Shown here piece after piece: positions 12,669-24,660 of a stretch of DNA of 64,000 nucleotides (position 1 is its first letter; every line of letters starts with the position of its first letter). Source of the stretch: Chrysemys picta bellii. Taxonomy: Eukaryota. The stretch spans positions 13,640,001-13,704,000 of the forward strand of contig NC_088809.1 in the NCBI RefSeq assembly GCF_011386835.1. Direction: 5' to 3'. A program made the position numbers and the translations under genes. Below the pieces are notes generated by a model. That model was given only the letters and a program-made list of their open reading frames with translations, was not told the origin of the DNA and ran no database searches.

Positions 12669-13608
12669 TTCTCTGCCGAAAGAGAAACTTTGGGTCAATA
12701 TATGTATTTTCTGCAACCACCTACATGCTTTTTCCTGCTAATTATCCCTTACTGAGCTATGGACTTGCTACTTTTTAAGGTCAAGAAAATCTATTTTACA
12801 GGGTTTTGCTCAGTACATTTAATCTTTTATATAGGCTTTTCTCTGGCTGTGCTTGGACACCATTCTCACTTGGAGACTTAACAATTCATTGGTGGTTCAC
12901 CAATGGTTCACCGAATTTGGTCCATTCGGATACGCAGGGCACCCTAGAGAGTATTTTTGCTCTTTCAACTTCTTCTTATTTGTTTGTGCTTGCAAATAGG
13001 TCAAAGGGGTGACATGGCAAGACTTGTAATATCTGAGGGCACTTATAAGAGATGCAATTCAGTAACAGGAGAGGAACATTTTGTACTGATTCCTCTTCCC
13101 CTTAGCTCCCTTCGTCTCACACACATAGTGTGAAATGCATACTAACCGTATAGGATTCAAAATGCACATTATTAATGAATCAAGATGTTGTATGTAATAA
13201 AAATATATTAGTAATGAAACAGTACCTGGGTATATGCACATCAGCACCCCCTATAGGACGGAATCATAACTGCTCATCTGGATCCTAATCCTTATACTGC
13301 TTACAGTGAAGGTAGAGTGTCATATAGCTCAAGTACTAGGAGCCACAGGTTTGGAGTCAATGAAACTACTCACGTGTTTAAAGTTAAGCATGTGTATATG
13401 TCCTTTGCAAGATAGGGGTTCTGAAGCAAGAGGTTCAGCATTTGCCCTCTACTGTCAATGCAAAATTATGGAGGGTCAGACTGCACAACAGAATGAGAAT
13501 ATGGAATTCCTAGAAGGCCACAGATTTGTGTCTGATCAAAGGCTCTAAATGCTTTAAGACATAATTAAATGTTCAAGGAACCCCTATAAGGAAGCTAAAT
13601 ATATTACT

Positions 13609-13870
13609 TAGATTTTAAACTCTTTGAGGCAGGGACCATCTTTTTGTTCTGTATTTGTACAGCAACTAGCATCCTGGGATTCTGGTCCATGTTTGGAACC
13701 CTAATTCCAATTGTATGCTGCTGCAATACAAATAAATAATAAGAACAAATCACACCCATTTTTCTGATGGTCAAACAGAGGTTGAATAACTTGTTCAAGG
13801 TCATTCAGCCAGAAAATGTAATGTGTAGAAACAGAACTCAAGAGGCCTGTCTCCAAATCTTCACTTCATT
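13609..13870. mobile_element. L2-type tail (+, 13609-13742) abutting a MIR-like relic (-, ~13745-13870)
   Basis: tagattttaaactctttgaggcagggacc...tgtacagcaactagc...aataaataat, followed by cccatttttctgatggtcaaacagaggttgaataacttgttcaaggtcat. Confidence 0.55.
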
Positions 13871-15727
13871 CTGCTGCACAACGCATGCCTTCTTCCTGTG
13901 GTTATCTTTGTAAATTGCTGCATTTTAAGGTGAGGTAATATATGGCAACATACAGTAGTTCTAGTCTCCTTGAACATTTAAATCCCCAGTTATTTTGCTT
14001 AGCCAGATTTGTTTACATGATATATAGCAGCCCCTTGATCTTAGTACATATCCTCCACAACTCAACTGCTGTTTCATCGCAGTCAAAACAGTTCCAATTC
14101 CTAAGTAGATGCTGCAGGGGATGACCTACATGAATCTAAGCAAATGCATGGAGGCTTAATCTCATCTTTGAGTAGATAATGTATAGGGATTCAGCCCACT
14201 CTACCGAATAATGCCTAAACTGGCCAATACCTGGCTCGAAAGAGCTGTGCCTTCTATTTATTCCTTATTGATATTAGCCTAAAGAAGTAGCATTACTTAT
14301 TGTTTTTCTATTTGTATGTGATTTATTTATCAATGGGGACATAACTCATGCTGCAGATGTAGGTCAGGAGAAAAGTCAAAGTGGTACAAATTTGCTTATG
14401 TAGGAGACACTGCCTTCCTACAATGCCTAGCAGCTCCTCGGATCCGCAGTTCAAAGGGAATAACAAATGACTCGGAGTAAGCAAGGGAACAAGAGAGCAG
14501 GCAGCCAGCAGCTTTACCAATAGGTCTTTTAGACTTGATTTTTTGGTTTTTATGATATATTCTTAGACCAGCGTGTACAAACCCAAATCAGTTTTAAGCA
14601 TTTGGAAAATCCACTCACAGGAGCAATGTCAGAAGTAAGGCATCTGTAATAGCTTCTCTAGAAGGGTCATTGTGACTTTCATTCTCTCCATGATAGAAGA
14701 TAGTTGTCATGTCTCTAATTCTGACATGACAACATAGCGGAAAGCCCGTCTTTCCACTTTAACCACTGCTGGCTTTTATGATGATTACTATCTAAAGGTT
14801 CATCTTCTGTTATTTCATGTTCTTTACAAGCTCCCTTCACTTTGGCCAGGTGGCTTACCATGTTTGTCCTACTGCCTCTCCACGCAATACTACACATAGA
14901 TTTTTTGGTGATATGCTATCTATCCTTTCCCTTTTGCTTCACTTTCTTATGGCTGTTGTGTGCCTATGTTTCAACCACATGTACCATGACTGGCAACACA
15001 TCTTAAGTATCTTGGGCCTCTCCTGGAGCTGCTGCATGTGTGACACTTCTGCTGAAGTCAACACGAGTTGTGCTCATGCAGTACTGCCAGGATGGGGCAC
15101 CTTTAGTGGGGTATTGGGGATCATGCTCCTTATTTTTCAAATGCCTCTTTCTGGTTTGAATCCACATAGAAGAGTTGGTTAAGGCAACCAAAGGCATTAA
15201 GCCTCTTCTTCTTTTACCAAGGTTACACCCAACAGGATTTCATTCGCCTGTATATTCATTCTAACTCCACTTTCTTATTCATTTCTCAGATCTTTGGTAG
15301 AAATGAACTTAACTCCAAAAATGCAGACCTACACCTACACCATGATTTATCATCTGGATACCCATCAGACTAGGAAACAGAAGGGGGTGTTTAAACCTGG
15401 GGTTTGACCCATATCTGCTTTGTGGTCTTTGGGAAGGTGAAGCAAAGATTGAGAGCCATCTATAACCTTGATGTGACAAGGTATCCTTAAGTGACATTGA
15501 CACCCTCCTACAATCAATCTTTACCTTATAACAGACTATTATCAATTGGAGTAGCCCACGTGCTAAATGCCTCACAAAAACAAGTCAAGTCATGGCTCCT
15601 CCTCTGAAGAGTGATCATTCTAAATTCAACATGATAATATGAGGTCACTTCAGTATTTGCCGTCAGTCTCTATACTTCCCTATGCAAACTAAAACAAATG
15701 CCTAAAATATTGAACTAAAGTTACTTA

Positions 15728-16070
15728 GGCTACAGCTGCACTTGGAGTTGGGGGCATGATTCACAGCCGGAACAGACATGCTCACACTCGCTCTCATCAA
15801 GCTAGTGTACCAAGAGTAGTCCTGTAACCATGGTAGCACGGGCAACCGCAGGTAGATGCATGGGCTAGCCACCCCGAATGTGTACCCACAGGGTCTGGTG
15901 CACTTGGATCTACTCTGCTTTGAAACAGGAGTAGGTCAGTGCACACGAGGGAACTTTTAGTGTGTGGTAACAGGCTTCACATGGACAGTTAGTGCATGGC
16001 ACACTAGCACACTGCAGATTTACACCCTGCTTGCGGTGCATTACCTGTTGGTCTAGGCGAGCTCAAAACC
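15728..16070. mobile_element. Old PIF/Harbinger-type MITE relic
   Basis: Starts ggctacagctgcacttggag..., resembling the GGC/GGGnnnGTCTACACT TIR class seen in younger copies at 22667 and 49063. Degenerate. Confidence 0.4.
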
Positions 16071-16940
16071 AATAGGCCATTTGGCAAGGATAACCACTGT
16101 CGATCAATTTAGGGATGAATGTAGTCATTACAGCATAGCTAAACCAATCTGATTTCAGACATATGAACCCTGTGTCCACTGTACCTAACCCACTTTCTCG
16201 CTTTTTTATTCACCATCACACCTTGAAGCTGCAAATCAGACCAAACAATCCCCAGCTTCTATTACTAGCAGGTAAACACCACCATAAACCATAGTTTTCA
16301 GTGTGTGCACAGACAGATATAAATGTAGATTAGTAAAAATAATAAATATGTTTTCTCCTTGAAAGCTCGAAGCACATTCTTGTATGGCTTTAGTTACAAT
16401 GCTGGCAATCAAGAGGCACTTTAATATGATTTAGTATTTAAAACTTTGCTCAAAATACATACATACTTCATTTTGAAAAGGTCAGATTTCTAAAAGGATA
16501 AATTTAAAAGGACAATGTCAAGTCCTTTAGGCCAAACAATTGAACGTACTTTTGAATTTGTACATTCTTGTAGGAAATGTGGTCCCCATTCCCATGGGGC
16601 TAGTTATACTCTTTTAAAAGTGATCTTCCCAGAACAGACTCATTTGAAAGCAAGAAAATTAATACATCCTTCACATAAACAAAGAAAGAATTACACAATA
16701 AGGCCCTCATCCTGCAACTGGATCCAAACAGGCAGATCCCTTACACCTGAGCAAGTCTGATTGAAATCAACGGGCTCCAACCAGACACCAGAGTCCACCT
16801 GCAAAGATGTGACTGCCAGCTCGGGCACTGTGGTACGCGAAGGGATTTAATACATTGGGTGGTTTTTTTTTAAGGTTCTAGAGTAAATTCTGCATTTTCT
16901 GGATGGATAAATTAGTCTAATTAGCTATTAGTTGACTAAT

Positions 16941-17063
16941 TAGATTGTAAGTTATTTGGGGCAAGAGATGTTTTATTATGTGTTTGTATAGTACCTAACA
17001 ATTTAGGGAGCTTGGTGCATGACTGGGTTCCCTAAGCATTCTTCCAATATAAATAATAATAAA
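16941..17063 (+). mobile_element. L2-type LINE 3'-tail fragment
   Basis: tagattgtaagttatttggggcaagaga...tgtgtttgtatagtacctaac...aataaataataataa. Confidence 0.55.
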
Positions 17064-18739
17064 TACAAAATGTTTAGGGACAGTAGGACAATTCATGGAG
17101 TAAGATGCTGCTAATCAGTGTAAAAGTATCAGAATTGGACCCTTAGGGACAAGAGCCATCTCCTTTATTATGAGTAAAATGTCTCTCTCAATGGGGCTTT
17201 GATCCCTGATTGGGACCTCTGTGTGCTACCTCAATACAAATATATAAATAATGATGCCAATAAAGAATACTGGAGAGAAACCCTAAACTGTACAGAAATT
17301 GATAATTGCATCAACATATGTCTGGCGTCAAGCATTTAACAGCACTTTAAATGAAACATATTTTTATCTTTTAAGATTTCCTAATTTACATCTCCAGCCA
17401 ACAGTTGGCTGCAGCTCCATTGACCTGTTTTTAAAAAAATGAATGAGTCTCTTCTCTTGAGTTGGGGAAAAAAAACAGCTGTTCCTCATTTGGAATAGAA
17501 AACAATATCTTCAAGCCTATGTCCTTCCTGTCCTACATTACTATTGCCCAATAGCCCGGACTCCAGGAAATACCAGAATTATATTCTTAATAGCTTGTGA
17601 GAAGTGTGCAGCTATTTCTTGGCATTCTATGAAGAGACTATTGGTGAATACTTGGGGTAAGCAGTCCTCGTGTTTAAAAAAAGAAAGCTAGTAAATACAA
17701 ACAAAAATATTTGTAATAAGGCCTTGGAGTTTTAAAGCCAACATTTCAAAGACTCTGTTACATGAATATAAAGCTCTGTGGAGCATTTTCAAGGCAACTG
17801 AAATCTTTCCCTTAAAAATCTTACAGAAACGATACAATACTTGAATGCAGTTCTGTGCATGTGGCATGTTTGCCAATAGTATGGAGAACACATGACAGCA
17901 AAACCCTCAGCATCTATACTGAAAAAGTAGATTGCAGAAAATTTCTACACAGAACGGGGTAGGATAAATGCTTTCCATAGGCACTTATGAATCTGAGTTC
18001 AGCACTCATTATTGCATTTGCTGTTGAGGAGGTTATATGGATATCACCGATTGCAGAAATTGACTCACTGTTTGTAAAAAGAACCCCCTATTGTGCATGC
18101 TTCTGGTTAAAACAGCCAGTGTGAATTTGCTATTAATTTATAGGCTAATCAAATAAAGTAATGTGCAGCTGCAAATCATTGCGAGCATACAAGGTCTGGC
18201 CCTACAGAATCGTAGACCTATTAAAATAAAGTATTACATGGTGTTTGCTGCTATTGCCAAGAGGTCAAGTCCTAAGATCCTTGTTGAGTTTTCATTTAAT
18301 CCTGAATAATGACTATGTAAAAACTCAGGAAAGTCCTCCATGGGATTTGGCACAACATGGTATTTCAGTGCTGTGACTAGTGTAGTTATTGTTTTTCAAT
18401 CCAAAATAGCTCTGCTATGTTTTTACATTAACACATCATTAACATGCATCACTGTTACATTAAATTTGAAAAAAAAAATAGAATCAGGGACCGAACAGAA
18501 ATCCTGAATGGCTCTCAGACTACTAGCAATGGCTTTGTAATGCTAATTTTAACCTGATTTCAACACATTAACCTTCTGAAGAACACTGTTTTATGAATAC
18601 AGCATAAAGCAACACCATGCAATAGTCTACACAAGGAGTGAAAAAATACTGTATCTTAAGTTGTATACTGTGCCCCAAAGTTGTAGGGAGACAGAATGAT
18701 ACAGGAATTCAGCTAGTTGAACTGACATCACTATTCTTG

Positions 18740-19049
18740 TAATAACTCTGGTTCTTTAATGACCACAAGCAGTCAAGACCATGGATGTAAGTCTCTTCCA
18801 AAAGACGGCATCTTCAATAGCGTACTATTATCACCAGTAAGAATCCCAGCACTCATGGGACTTGATTTTCCAAAGAGCGTAGACTGATCCAGTGCTAGTT
18901 CAGAGGGCAGTGCCACCTAACAAATTATGTATTAATACAACCTGTAGTACTGTGGGTTTCTTTCGAGCTCTTTCATCCAAGCAGTAGCTATGTTTAGCCT
19001 TACTTAGGCTTGTGAGATATGTTAATAGTCCATGATGCAATGGCTGTAC
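18740..19049 (-). mobile_element. 5S rRNA-derived SINE (AmnSINE1 type), second copy
   Basis: TCTTTAATGACCACAAG at ~18753 is the reverse complement of the Deu-domain motif. The reverse complement of 18960-19049 gives a degenerate 5S head (atctcacaagcctaagtaagg...cttggatg). Confidence 0.55.
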
Positions 19050-20699
19050 CTTAATTTAATAAGAAAGGCAAGGAAAGGAAAATATATGAGTAAAATAAGA
19101 AAAAGAAGATAAATGAATTCATGAGAAGATCCAGTTACTACCCTGCAGACCAGTTTTATCCAACAGGTTTATAGCAGCGCTACTTACAACTGCTTGGAAT
19201 GGAAAATGTCTAATAGTATCATTTCAGTAGTTGGGTACATACTATGCAGAGCCTGATCGTGTATCTCAATTATATTCTGCCTAATAATCCACCATCTGCC
19301 TCCCCAGGACTTAACCTAACATTCCACAGCTCTGAACAACTTAATTCTTGCAATGGACCTGTTTTTCCGCCCTCCACACATACACACAAAGTCACCTTCA
19401 TCTAAGGTGTAAGATTGGCAATAGTCTAGTAATTGGTTTAAGGTACAGTATTTCATGACCTTTTGCAAACCACACAAACAAACAATCAAAAAGACCAAGT
19501 CTGGAAAATGTCAGCCTGAGAGGTGAATGCTTCAGAAATTTCTAAAACGCCTAAAAACATCTGTTATAATAAAAATTCTCTGGCAACCTTACATTAGCTG
19601 TCACTAGCATCCCACCAATAATAATGTAAGTACTAGTCAATCTATAAATACAGTAAAGAGCACTGCACAAGTTATTCTCGTCCAAACTGGTTACAATCAC
19701 TCACTAAAAGTCAAGGCTGAGGTACCCATCCTAAATTATTGTTGCACAAAGACTACATCACGATTTACAGCAAGGAAACAGGATATATGTGAGGGAACAT
19801 AAAAGTCTTATAGATGCCATTCAGGTATTGGAGACTGCTGCCAGATGGAAACTCAGGAAATATAAAGGGATAAAGGGACAAGTGCAAGAGTCACAAATTC
19901 CGTTTGAGCTCCTTTGTGACAGGCCTAGGGATTGGTAAAAACTAGGGCTGTCAAGCAATTAAAAAAATTAAACGCAATTAGTCGCACTGTTAAACAATAA
20001 TGGAATACCATTTATTTAAATATTTTTGATGTTTTCTACATTTTCAAATATATTTATTTCAATTACAACAGAGAATACAAAGTGTACAGTGCTCACTTTA
20101 TATTTATTTTTTATTACAAATATTTGCACCATAAAAAGCAAAAGAAATAGTATTTTTCAATTCACCTCATACAAGTACTGTAGTGTAATCTCTTTATTAT
20201 GAAAGTTGAAATTACAAATGTAGAATTATGTACAAAAAATAACTATATTGAAAAATAAAACAATGTAAAATTTTAGAGCCTACAAGTCCACCCATTCCTA
20301 CTTCAGCCAATCGCTCAGACAAACAAACTTGGTTACAATTTGCAGAAGATAATGCTGCCCGCTTCTTGTTTACAGCGTCACCTGAAAGTGAGAACAGGTG
20401 TTCTCATGGCACTGTTGTAACCAGCGTCGCAAGATATTTATGTGCCAGATGCTCTAAAGATTCATATGTCCCTTCATCTTCAACCACCATAGGATATGCA
20501 TCCATGCTGATGATGGGTTCTGCTCGATAATGATCCAAGCGGCGAGGTCCGACACATGTTCATTTTCATCATCTGAGTCAAATGCCACCAGCAGAAAATT
20601 CATTTTCTTTATTTCAGAGTAACAGCCGTGTTAGTCTGTATCCGCAAAAAGAAGAACAGGAGTACTTGTGGCACCTTAGAGACTAACAAATTTATTAGA

Positions 20700-20739
20700 G
20701 CATAAGCTTTCGTGGACTACAGCCCACTTCTTCGGATGC
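20700..20739 (-). ncRNA. Minimal type I hammerhead ribozyme-like motif (PLE-associated), tandem copy B
   Basis: Minus strand: GCAU-CCGAAGA-A-GUGGGC(UGUA)GUCCAC-GAAA-GCU-U-AUGC. Stem I GCAU/AUGC, stem II 6 bp, palindromic AGCU stem III. U4 is replaced by C. Confidence 0.7.
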
Positions 20740-20751
20740 ATATAGAATGGA

Positions 20752-20791
20752 ACATAAGCTTTCGTGGACTACAGCCCACTTCTTCGGATGC
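20752..20791 (-). ncRNA. Minimal type I hammerhead ribozyme-like motif, tandem copy A
   Basis: Identical to 20700-20739 except the last stem I base (AUGU, a G-U pair). Created by the 52-bp tandem duplication. Confidence 0.65.
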
Positions 20792-20837
20792 ATATAGAAT
20801 GGAACATATATATATATATATATGTTCCATTCTATAT

Positions 20838-20877
20838 GCATCCGAAGAAGTGGGCTGTAGTCCACGAAAGCTTATGC
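20838..20877 (+). ncRNA. Minimal type I hammerhead ribozyme-like motif in the inverted arm
   Basis: gcatccgaagaagtgggctgtagtccacgaaagcttatgc is the exact reverse complement of 20700-20739. Confidence 0.7.
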
Positions 20878-22030
20878 TCTAATAAATTTGTTAGTCTCTA
20901 AGGTGCCACAAGTACTCCTGTTCTTCTATTTTCTTTATTGGTGGTTTGGGTTCTGTAGTTTCCACATCCGAGTGTTGCTCTTTTAAGACTTCTGAAAACA
21001 TGCTCCACACCTTGTCCCTCTCAGATTTTGGAAGGCACTTCTGATTCTTTAACCTTGGGTAGAGTGCTGTAGCTATTTTTAGAAATCTCACATTGGTACC
21101 TTCTTTGCATTTTGTCAAATCTGCTGTGAAAGTGTTCTTAAGGCTCTAAAGTTTTACATTGTTTTGTTTTTGAGAGCAGTTATGTAACAAAAAAAATCTA
21201 CATTTGTAAATTGCACTTTCATGATAAAGAGATTGCACTATGGTACTTGTATGAGGTGAATTGAAAAATACTATTTCTTTTGTTTATCATTTTTACAGTG
21301 CAAATATTTGTAATAAAAATAAAAAATACAGAAATTTCTTGCAGGGAAAAAATGTTGGTCTTCAAATCCATTCGAATACTGCCTCATATTCAGGGCACTG
21401 AACAAAGGCTCAATCTAACCCTAAGTGGCAGTTGAAAGCAACCCTCTGGAAAAACAAAGCAGAGCTTGTTATAGAACTGTTAATACAAGAATAATAAATA
21501 AAACACCAATCATATAAAAACATTGTTTAAATACTACTGAATAGGAGGCCTTGCTTAACACACAATTAAGATAAGAAAGGTGAAAACCGTGCCAAGAGTA
21601 ACTAAGGGAAGATACAAAGGTCAAAAAGGATGCTTACTAGAGTGGATTTCAATAGCATAGATTCCAAGTTATCTCCAAATCAGTTACAACTTTGATATAG
21701 CCACCACAGGAAGAAAATAATTAATAAATGAACATTCTCTTATTCTCAGTTGCATCAGCATTTTGGAATGAGACCCATAAGGGCTTTTTTTTTTTATTAT
21801 TTAACCAAATCTTTGTTTTTCTAAGAAATATTTTGGTTACGTGGAAAGCTATGCAAGTCCAGGGGGAGAGGTAATTTTGGGCCAGGCCCAGTAAATCACT
21901 TAAGAATGTGCTTTTCTTTAAGCATGTGACTTCAATGGGACCATTCACAAGCTTAAAGCTAAGTACAAGTTTAAGTGCTTAGCTGGATCTGGGCCATAAA
22001 ACATCATCATGAGCTAATGGAATATGTATT

Positions 22031-23039
22031 TGTGACAAAGTGGGATTTTCCCTTTGTATGTGAGTCTTACTGTTGAGCCTATGTGAGTTTTACTGTTTTG
22101 CATGAATACGCGGTGTACCTCAGTTTCCCTATGTGCTGCACCAATACCTTGTGGTGGGAATAGGGGTGTGTGACTTTGGCTGAGACCTCTGGAGCAGGTG
22201 AGGCTTCTCCAGCTGCCTGCACCTATTCTATGAGTGGTGCCCTTCGTAACCTGAGACCCAGGAAGGGGATGCAACCAGGTGACTTTTTGCCTGGGAAGTG
22301 AGACAAAGACAAAGAGGAGGAGCAATGGGGGTGTCTGAGGTGAGGTCGCTGAAAGCTGGCAGTCTGCTTGGGGGGACTGGAAGAGGGGGAGTCCAGGCTG
22401 CCTGGCCCAGGACTCCCCAAGATGGACTTGGCTGAAAGTCACTGATTTCTGTGATAGCAAACTCTGTTCTATGCTGTGTTTTTGTCAACTAATAAACCAC
22501 CTGTTCTCCATGCTGGCTGAGAGTCACTGCTGACGGAGGAGTTGGGATGCAGGGCCCTTTGGCTTCCCCAGGAACCCAGCCCAGGCAGACTCGCTGTGGG
22601 AAGCGCACGGTGTTGAGAAGGGGATGCTGAATGCTCCAAGGTCAGACCCAGGAAGGTTGAAGCTGTGGCCTTGGCTACACTTGCGGATTCACAGCGCTGC
22701 CGCGGCAGCGCTGTGAAGCGCGAGTGTAGTCGCGCCGCCAGCGCTGTGAGAGCTCCACCTCTCCGAGGGGAATAGCTTGCAGCGCTGCGAGCGAGCGTGC
22801 AGCGCTACAGGCACTGATTACACTGGCGCTGTACAGCGCTGCACTCGCTGCGCTCAGGGGGGTGTTTTTTCACACCCCTGAGCACAGCAAGTGCAGCGCT
22901 GTGAATTGCCAGTGTAGCCAAGGCCTGTGTAAGCTTCTTAACCTGGAGCCAGTATGCTCAGAAAGAGGAGGCTCCCCCAGAGTCCTGACTGGCTTCGTAT
23001 GGAATAGTTCCAGAGCATTGGCCCGGTGACTCCATGACA
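22031..23039 (+). mobile_element. Solo LTR (ERV/Gypsy class)
   Basis: TG...CA ends (tgtgaca... / ...catgaca), 5-bp TSD gtatt at 22026-22030 and 23040-23044, and AATAAA at 22491-22496. Interrupted by the Harbinger MITE at 22667-22925. Confidence 0.85.
22667..22925. mobile_element. PIF/Harbinger MITE, CpG-rich
   Basis: Perfect 15-bp TIR ggccttggctacact / agtgtagccaaggcc; 3-bp TSD tgt (22664-22666, 22926-22928); repeated CAGCGCTG palindromes inside. Confidence 0.85.
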
Positions 23040-23929
23040 GTATTCGAAGTGGGGCAGATTTACCAAGGAAGTCAGGTGCCTGCCTAGGTGGAAGCCAACT
23101 GAAGTTATGTACCCAGCTGTCATTTATGCCTTGGGAAATCTACCTTACTGTACAATTGGGATAGGCAATCTGTTCAGATGAGGAAAAATAATCCACCCAA
23201 ACCTTTGCCTAACACTCATACCAAACCGTTCTGAAACCATGTTTAACTTCAATGGGAACAACAGGGGCTTAGCACCTTCAAAAATCAGACCAGCTACCTG
23301 ATGTTAGGCACATAATTTATGCACCGAATGTATACAACTTTGTAGTATACAACATTGCATTCTTAAAACGGGGGAAGATCTCTCAGATATTGTGTGTTCC
23401 AACAGAGGGGAATGTTCCTTTTTTTTTTTTTTAAATGCTGCCCTCGATAGTACAGCTTGTCATGGGTTTTTAAAGTAGATTTAATTCTGGGGGAAGAGGT
23501 GGCACTGACACTTCTGGAAACCTAAACCCTAAAGAGTGCTGCTTCAGGAGCTATTTTTAGTAAGTGCTGATGGAAAGTAGCTTAATACACTTTAAAAGAG
23601 GTAACTGTATAATTCATAAATGGCAGGGCAGAGCAAAGTGAAACCACAATGGCTGGTGCATGATCACTTGTAACTCATGAGCGAATGCAAACTAAAAAGT
23701 CCATTTGTGTTTATACACTTCAGGGCACACTGTACTTTATGCACTTTCTTGCCACCTGGACAGGGAGTGTGAGGAGAAAGGAGGGAAATGCCATTGAGTA
23801 AACCCCCAGCATGGACTGATATCATTTTGCAGGATTTCAGTTTTAAGAGGGAGGATGTGACCCAGGGACCTTTTGGTGTCAACTGGCACAGGGCACCGAG
23901 GGTGTACCGAGTTTTACAGAGATCCCCTG

Positions 23930-24505
23930 GGTCAGATATATGCCTAATAATTCATCAAAGCATGACGTGTGAGGTCTCTATCAAGAGCCCATGGGTCATC
24001 AAAATCACTGTGAAATGAGCATATGGATAATATTTAAGGACTTATGTATCTATACTGAAAATTATCTTCTTGAGGTGTTGGAGTTAAGGCAGTCCACCAG
24101 GAGGAGACATGCCTCAGACACACTCCTTTCAAGCTGGAGGTACCTTATGCTTATTGCACTGTCTGGTCATATGGGTACTATGTATTGCCTGCCTCACAAC
24201 AGAGGCCTATCTGCAGACTGAGCCAGGTGCCAGTGGAAAGCTGTGTTGTGAAGCTACAAGAGAAAATCTACAGGAAGAAACAATACAGCAGTGAGTATCC
24301 TGGTTATGAATGAAGACAAAGGATGGGACTTGTGTATCTTGGGAGGCAAAGGAATATACTGGATCCCGCACCTAGGAGACAAGCTGGCAGTACGTCTGTC
24401 TCGTGAGAGGAGGATGACAACCATACCTGGCTGTAAAATGCCCCCATGACTTTGGGTGAGCATTGATCTATAAGACATGAGAATAACTAAGTCTAGATGC
24501 ATCAC
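23930..24505 (+). mobile_element. Probable degenerate LTR fragment
   Basis: Composition and motifs (...gataatatttaaggacttatgtatctatactgaaaattat...) resemble turtle LTRs from memory. No TSD confirmed. Confidence 0.3.
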
Positions 24506-24507
24506 AC

Positions 24508-24660
24508 GGGATGATCTTGTGGTTAAGACACTGGTCTGGGATCCAGGAGATCCTGATTCACCTCTGCCACACAGACTTCACGTGGGACTTGGGCACATGA
24601 TTTCTTCCCTTTGTGATTCTCTTCCCCATCTCCGGAATGGGGATTGCATTACTTCCTTTC
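24508..24660 (+). mobile_element. CORE-SINE (MIR-like) relic
   Basis: gatgatcttgtggttaagacactgg...gacttgggcacatgatttcttccctttgtgattctcttccccatctccggaatgggga. Confidence 0.6.

Larger units (their letters stand above)
20612..20927 (-). mobile_element. Non-autonomous Penelope-like element (pLTR-only fold-back/hairpin)
   Basis: TSD attttcttta at 20602-20611 and 20928-20937. 20650-20753 is the exact reverse complement of 20824-20927 (104 bp). 52-bp tandem duplication (20701-20752 / 20753-20804) and a central (AT)9. Homologous to the pLTR of the RT/GIY-YIG element at 58103-59553. Confidence 0.9.
19943..21325 (-). mobile_element. hAT DNA transposon, deleted derivative with a degenerate transposase C-terminus
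   Basis: Terminus tagggctgtcaagc at 19943. Minus-strand remnants FLKIATAL(Y)PRLKNQKCLPKSERDKVW (21100-20990) and a hAT dimerisation-domain remnant at ~20300-20600. ~180-bp internal inverted repeat (~20103-20280 vs ~21141-21322). The second terminus is missing. Interrupted by the PLE hairpin at 20612-20927. Confidence 0.85.

Noticed and set aside
20701-20804. CRISPR-like direct repeats
   Set aside because: Two adjacent 52-bp copies with no spacer, in vertebrate DNA. This is a tandem duplication within a PLE pLTR.
20891-21118. 75-aa ORF as a gene (ZBED-like)
   Set aside because: A chimera of a hAT transposase remnant and read-through into the PLE arm; the rest of the transposase is frameshifted.
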